A stretch of DNA of 64,000 nucleotides. It comes from a virus (Duplodnaviria > Caudoviricetes). The notes beneath the pieces are model-generated. The model did not search any database. It worked only from the letters and a program-made list of their open reading frames with translations, and was not told where the DNA came from. The DNA lies in the IMG/VR virus record IMGVR_UViG_3300031555_010877, positions 1 to 64,000 of that record. One strand, 5' to 3'. Below are positions 62,148-64,000 of this stretch, piece after piece. The position numbers were made by a program, and so were the translations under genes. The stretch's first letter is position 1. Each line of letters starts with the position of its first letter.

Positions 62148-63074
62148 TTAAAATAATTCATCATCTGATATATCAGCGGAAATCTCTGCGACTGCTTTTT
62201 GCGCATCAAGATATTCCTTAATTTCTGGCGGTAACTGTGATGTTACATATGTACGTTCATCAACAGTCATATTTCCAAGCTGTTTTTTGAATTGATGATA
62301 GAATGCATTACAGTATTCCTGCTGCCAACAATAATTAGGCCGCAACAGATTGCTTGTATTGACAAAAATTGTCTTATGATTATGAAAAACACCTTGTACA
62401 ACAGCACTCATTGGTTTACCAAAGAATATCAATCCAAGCTCTTTTAACAATCCACATATTTCAGAAGTTGTTGATGAACTGTTATAACCTAGCCCATCCG
62501 CAATTTCACCTCGTGATATATACGCATAACGAGGTTGTTTTGACTGTGACTTGCGTTCATCTGCTACTTTGCCCTGATATATTAAAAATTTAATATAGAT
62601 ATAATGTAACAATAAAGCTCGAAAGCCATATTTTTTGCCGACACCTAAAGACGCCGTCATCAAAGTCATATATTCACCCTGGGTAATAACTCGAAAGAAC
62701 ACTTTTATATTCTTATCTGTTTGTCCATTAAAAAACACTGGATTAAGACGGACTATTATTGCGGAACGATTGTCCTGAAATTTTGCTGCATTTAGAATGA
62801 CATTGTTAGCATAGAAAAAATCAAGTACAGCATTTAAATTTTCAATATGAGCTTTGCGCACACTCTGAGCATGAATCCCGATATAATTGCATAATATTTC
62901 AGGATTCACAATACTGATATTGCCATGAGTTTTACAAAACTGTAATCCACAAAATACTGTCAAACTGTTTGGTATAGCTAATTCCGCATCAATCATCATT
63001 TGCGGAATAAATATTTTTAAATCTTTACAATCGTCTTGAATTGCCTCAGATAATATCTTTAATTCTTCTGTCAT
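62148..63074 (-). CDS. Hypothetical HTH-containing protein (possible replication initiator)
   Basis: AYISRGEIADGLG..S..T..EI...LKELGLI winged-helix pattern; iteron-like repeats lie upstream. Confidence 0.5.
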   Translation of the reverse strand: MTEELKILSEAIQDDCKDLKIFIPQMMIDAELAIPNSLTVFCGLQFCKTHGNISIVNPEILCNYIGIHAQSVRKAHIENLNAVLDFFYANNVILNAAKFQDNRSAIIVRLNPVFFNGQTDKNIKVFFRVITQGEYMTLMTASLGVGKKYGFRALLLHYIYIKFLIYQGKVADERKSQSKQPRYAYISRGEIADGLGYNSSSTTSEICGLLKELGLIFFGKPMSAVVQGVFHNHKTIFVNTSNLLRPNYCWQQEYCNAFYHQFKKQLGNMTVDERTYVTSQLPPEIKEYLDAQKAVAEISADISDDELF

Positions 63075-63133
63075 AAACCCTCCTTCATTTTTAGATGTCA
63101 AAAATCTGCGCCTGCGTCGAAGATATATATACC

Positions 63134-63181
63134 TATATAAAGAGATACGTATATAAAGAGAAACCTATATAAAGAGATACG
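63134..63181. repeat. Three tandem 16-bp direct repeats (TATATAAAGAGA(T/A)AC(G/C))
   Basis: Units at 63134, 63150 and 63166. Confidence 0.9.
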
Positions 63182-63312
63182 ATACTCATATTTTTTATAA
63201 ATAAAAAATATTCGTCCTGTGCCGTTGTGTTGTTGTTTGTTGCGTCGTGTTTTTTGCCGTTGTCACTGTGCCTTGTATGGTTACTGTGGGCTTTGTCTGT
63301 GTTCCTGTGTGC

Positions 63313-64000
63313 CTACCCATTTAATGCGCTGTCAATACTGTCCGCCATCGCATTAATTTCGCCCTGTGTTATTGTAAGGTATGTTTTTGTTACGCGCTGG
63401 TCACTGTGCTTGTACTTTGCCTGCAAGATGTCCATAACACTGTCGTTGTTCATTGTTTTGCGCGCTGTGTATCCGTATGTTTTGCGCAGTGTATGTGTTG
63501 CCACGTTCTGTGTGAGGCCCGCCGCCTTTGCACCTTTCTTTAAAATGTCCCACATTTGGTGCAGGCTCATTTGCCCGCCATTGTCACTTTTCTGGGACTT
63601 GATAAGGTAGTCGCTCATTGTATAGTTGCCGTTGAGATGTTCAATGTACATTTCAATGGCTTTTTTTGCGCCCGCTGTTATTTTGTTGCGATTGTACTTG
63701 CCGGTCTTTTGTTCGTACACATCATAGTAATCTTTTACTGTACCATCCTCATTGAGAACGTCACTGATGCGCGCTCTGAGCAGGTCACTGCCTCTGTCCC
63801 CAATGGTGCAGCCAAACACTACCATCATATAATTGCGGTACTTGTGTCGGCCCCCATGTTCAAGGAAGTAGTTTGCGAGACGCTGAAATTCGTCCGCGCT
63901 GTAAAGAGGCTCTGCACTCTGTGCCTTTTTCACGCCATTGCTTTTGTAAGGCGACGCTGTTCTTGGTGCACGCTGTTTTGGCGCTGGCTTTGCTGCGGCC
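63313..64000 (-). CDS. Tyrosine recombinase/integrase (5' end beyond the window)
   Basis: R (GDRGSD), K (EQKT), HTLRKT, H and Y catalytic residues. The frame is open to the window edge. Confidence 0.85.
   Translation of the reverse strand, partial: AAAKPAPKQRAPRTASPYKSNGVKKAQSAEPLYSADEFQRLANYFLEHGGRHKYRNYMMVVFGCTIGDRGSDLLRARISDVLNEDGTVKDYYDVYEQKTGKYNRNKITAGAKKAIEMYIEHLNGNYTMSDYLIKSQKSDNGGQMSLHQMWDILKKGAKAAGLTQNVATHTLRKTYGYTARKTMNNDSVMDILQAKYKHSDQRVTKTYLTITQGEINAMADSIDSALNG

Overview
The window is a contiguous ~64 kb piece of a large tailed phage or prophage of a low-GC Firmicute, with an SPbeta-like gene order. Essentially all real genes are on the minus strand. In the direction of transcription (high to low coordinates) it contains: a tyrosine recombinase, iteron-like repeats and a possible Rep protein, a DNA-ligase homolog lacking its catalytic Lys, a YonO-like single-subunit RNA polymerase, an HNH gene, a tRNA/ncRNA cluster, a DNA-modification cluster (PAPS-reductase-like protein, C5 methyltransferase, radical SAM), terminase, portal, protease/scaffold, capsid, head-tail genes, tail tube, tape measure, baseplate/fibre genes and lysis genes. 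Four group I introns can be spliced by eye: one in the RNA polymerase, two in terL, and one in a ~2,460-aa CotH-kinase-like tail protein. The most striking signal is in the modification cluster. The PAPS-reductase-like gene has a (GA)13 microsatellite followed by three diverged copies of a 'GFP..WCTS.LK' module, each in a different reading frame and converging on a T5 'TTTTTAG' site, while the adjacent methyltransferase is out of frame at a G8 tract. Together these suggest a slippage-controlled, frame-selected cassette system for DNA modification. Other notable items are three copies of an ~80-bp TGGTATA-periodic element (candidate late promoters), a ~570-nt structured ncRNA candidate, and a tRNA-like RNA with an 8-nt anticodon loop. 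All functional calls come from motif recognition by eye; no searches were run.
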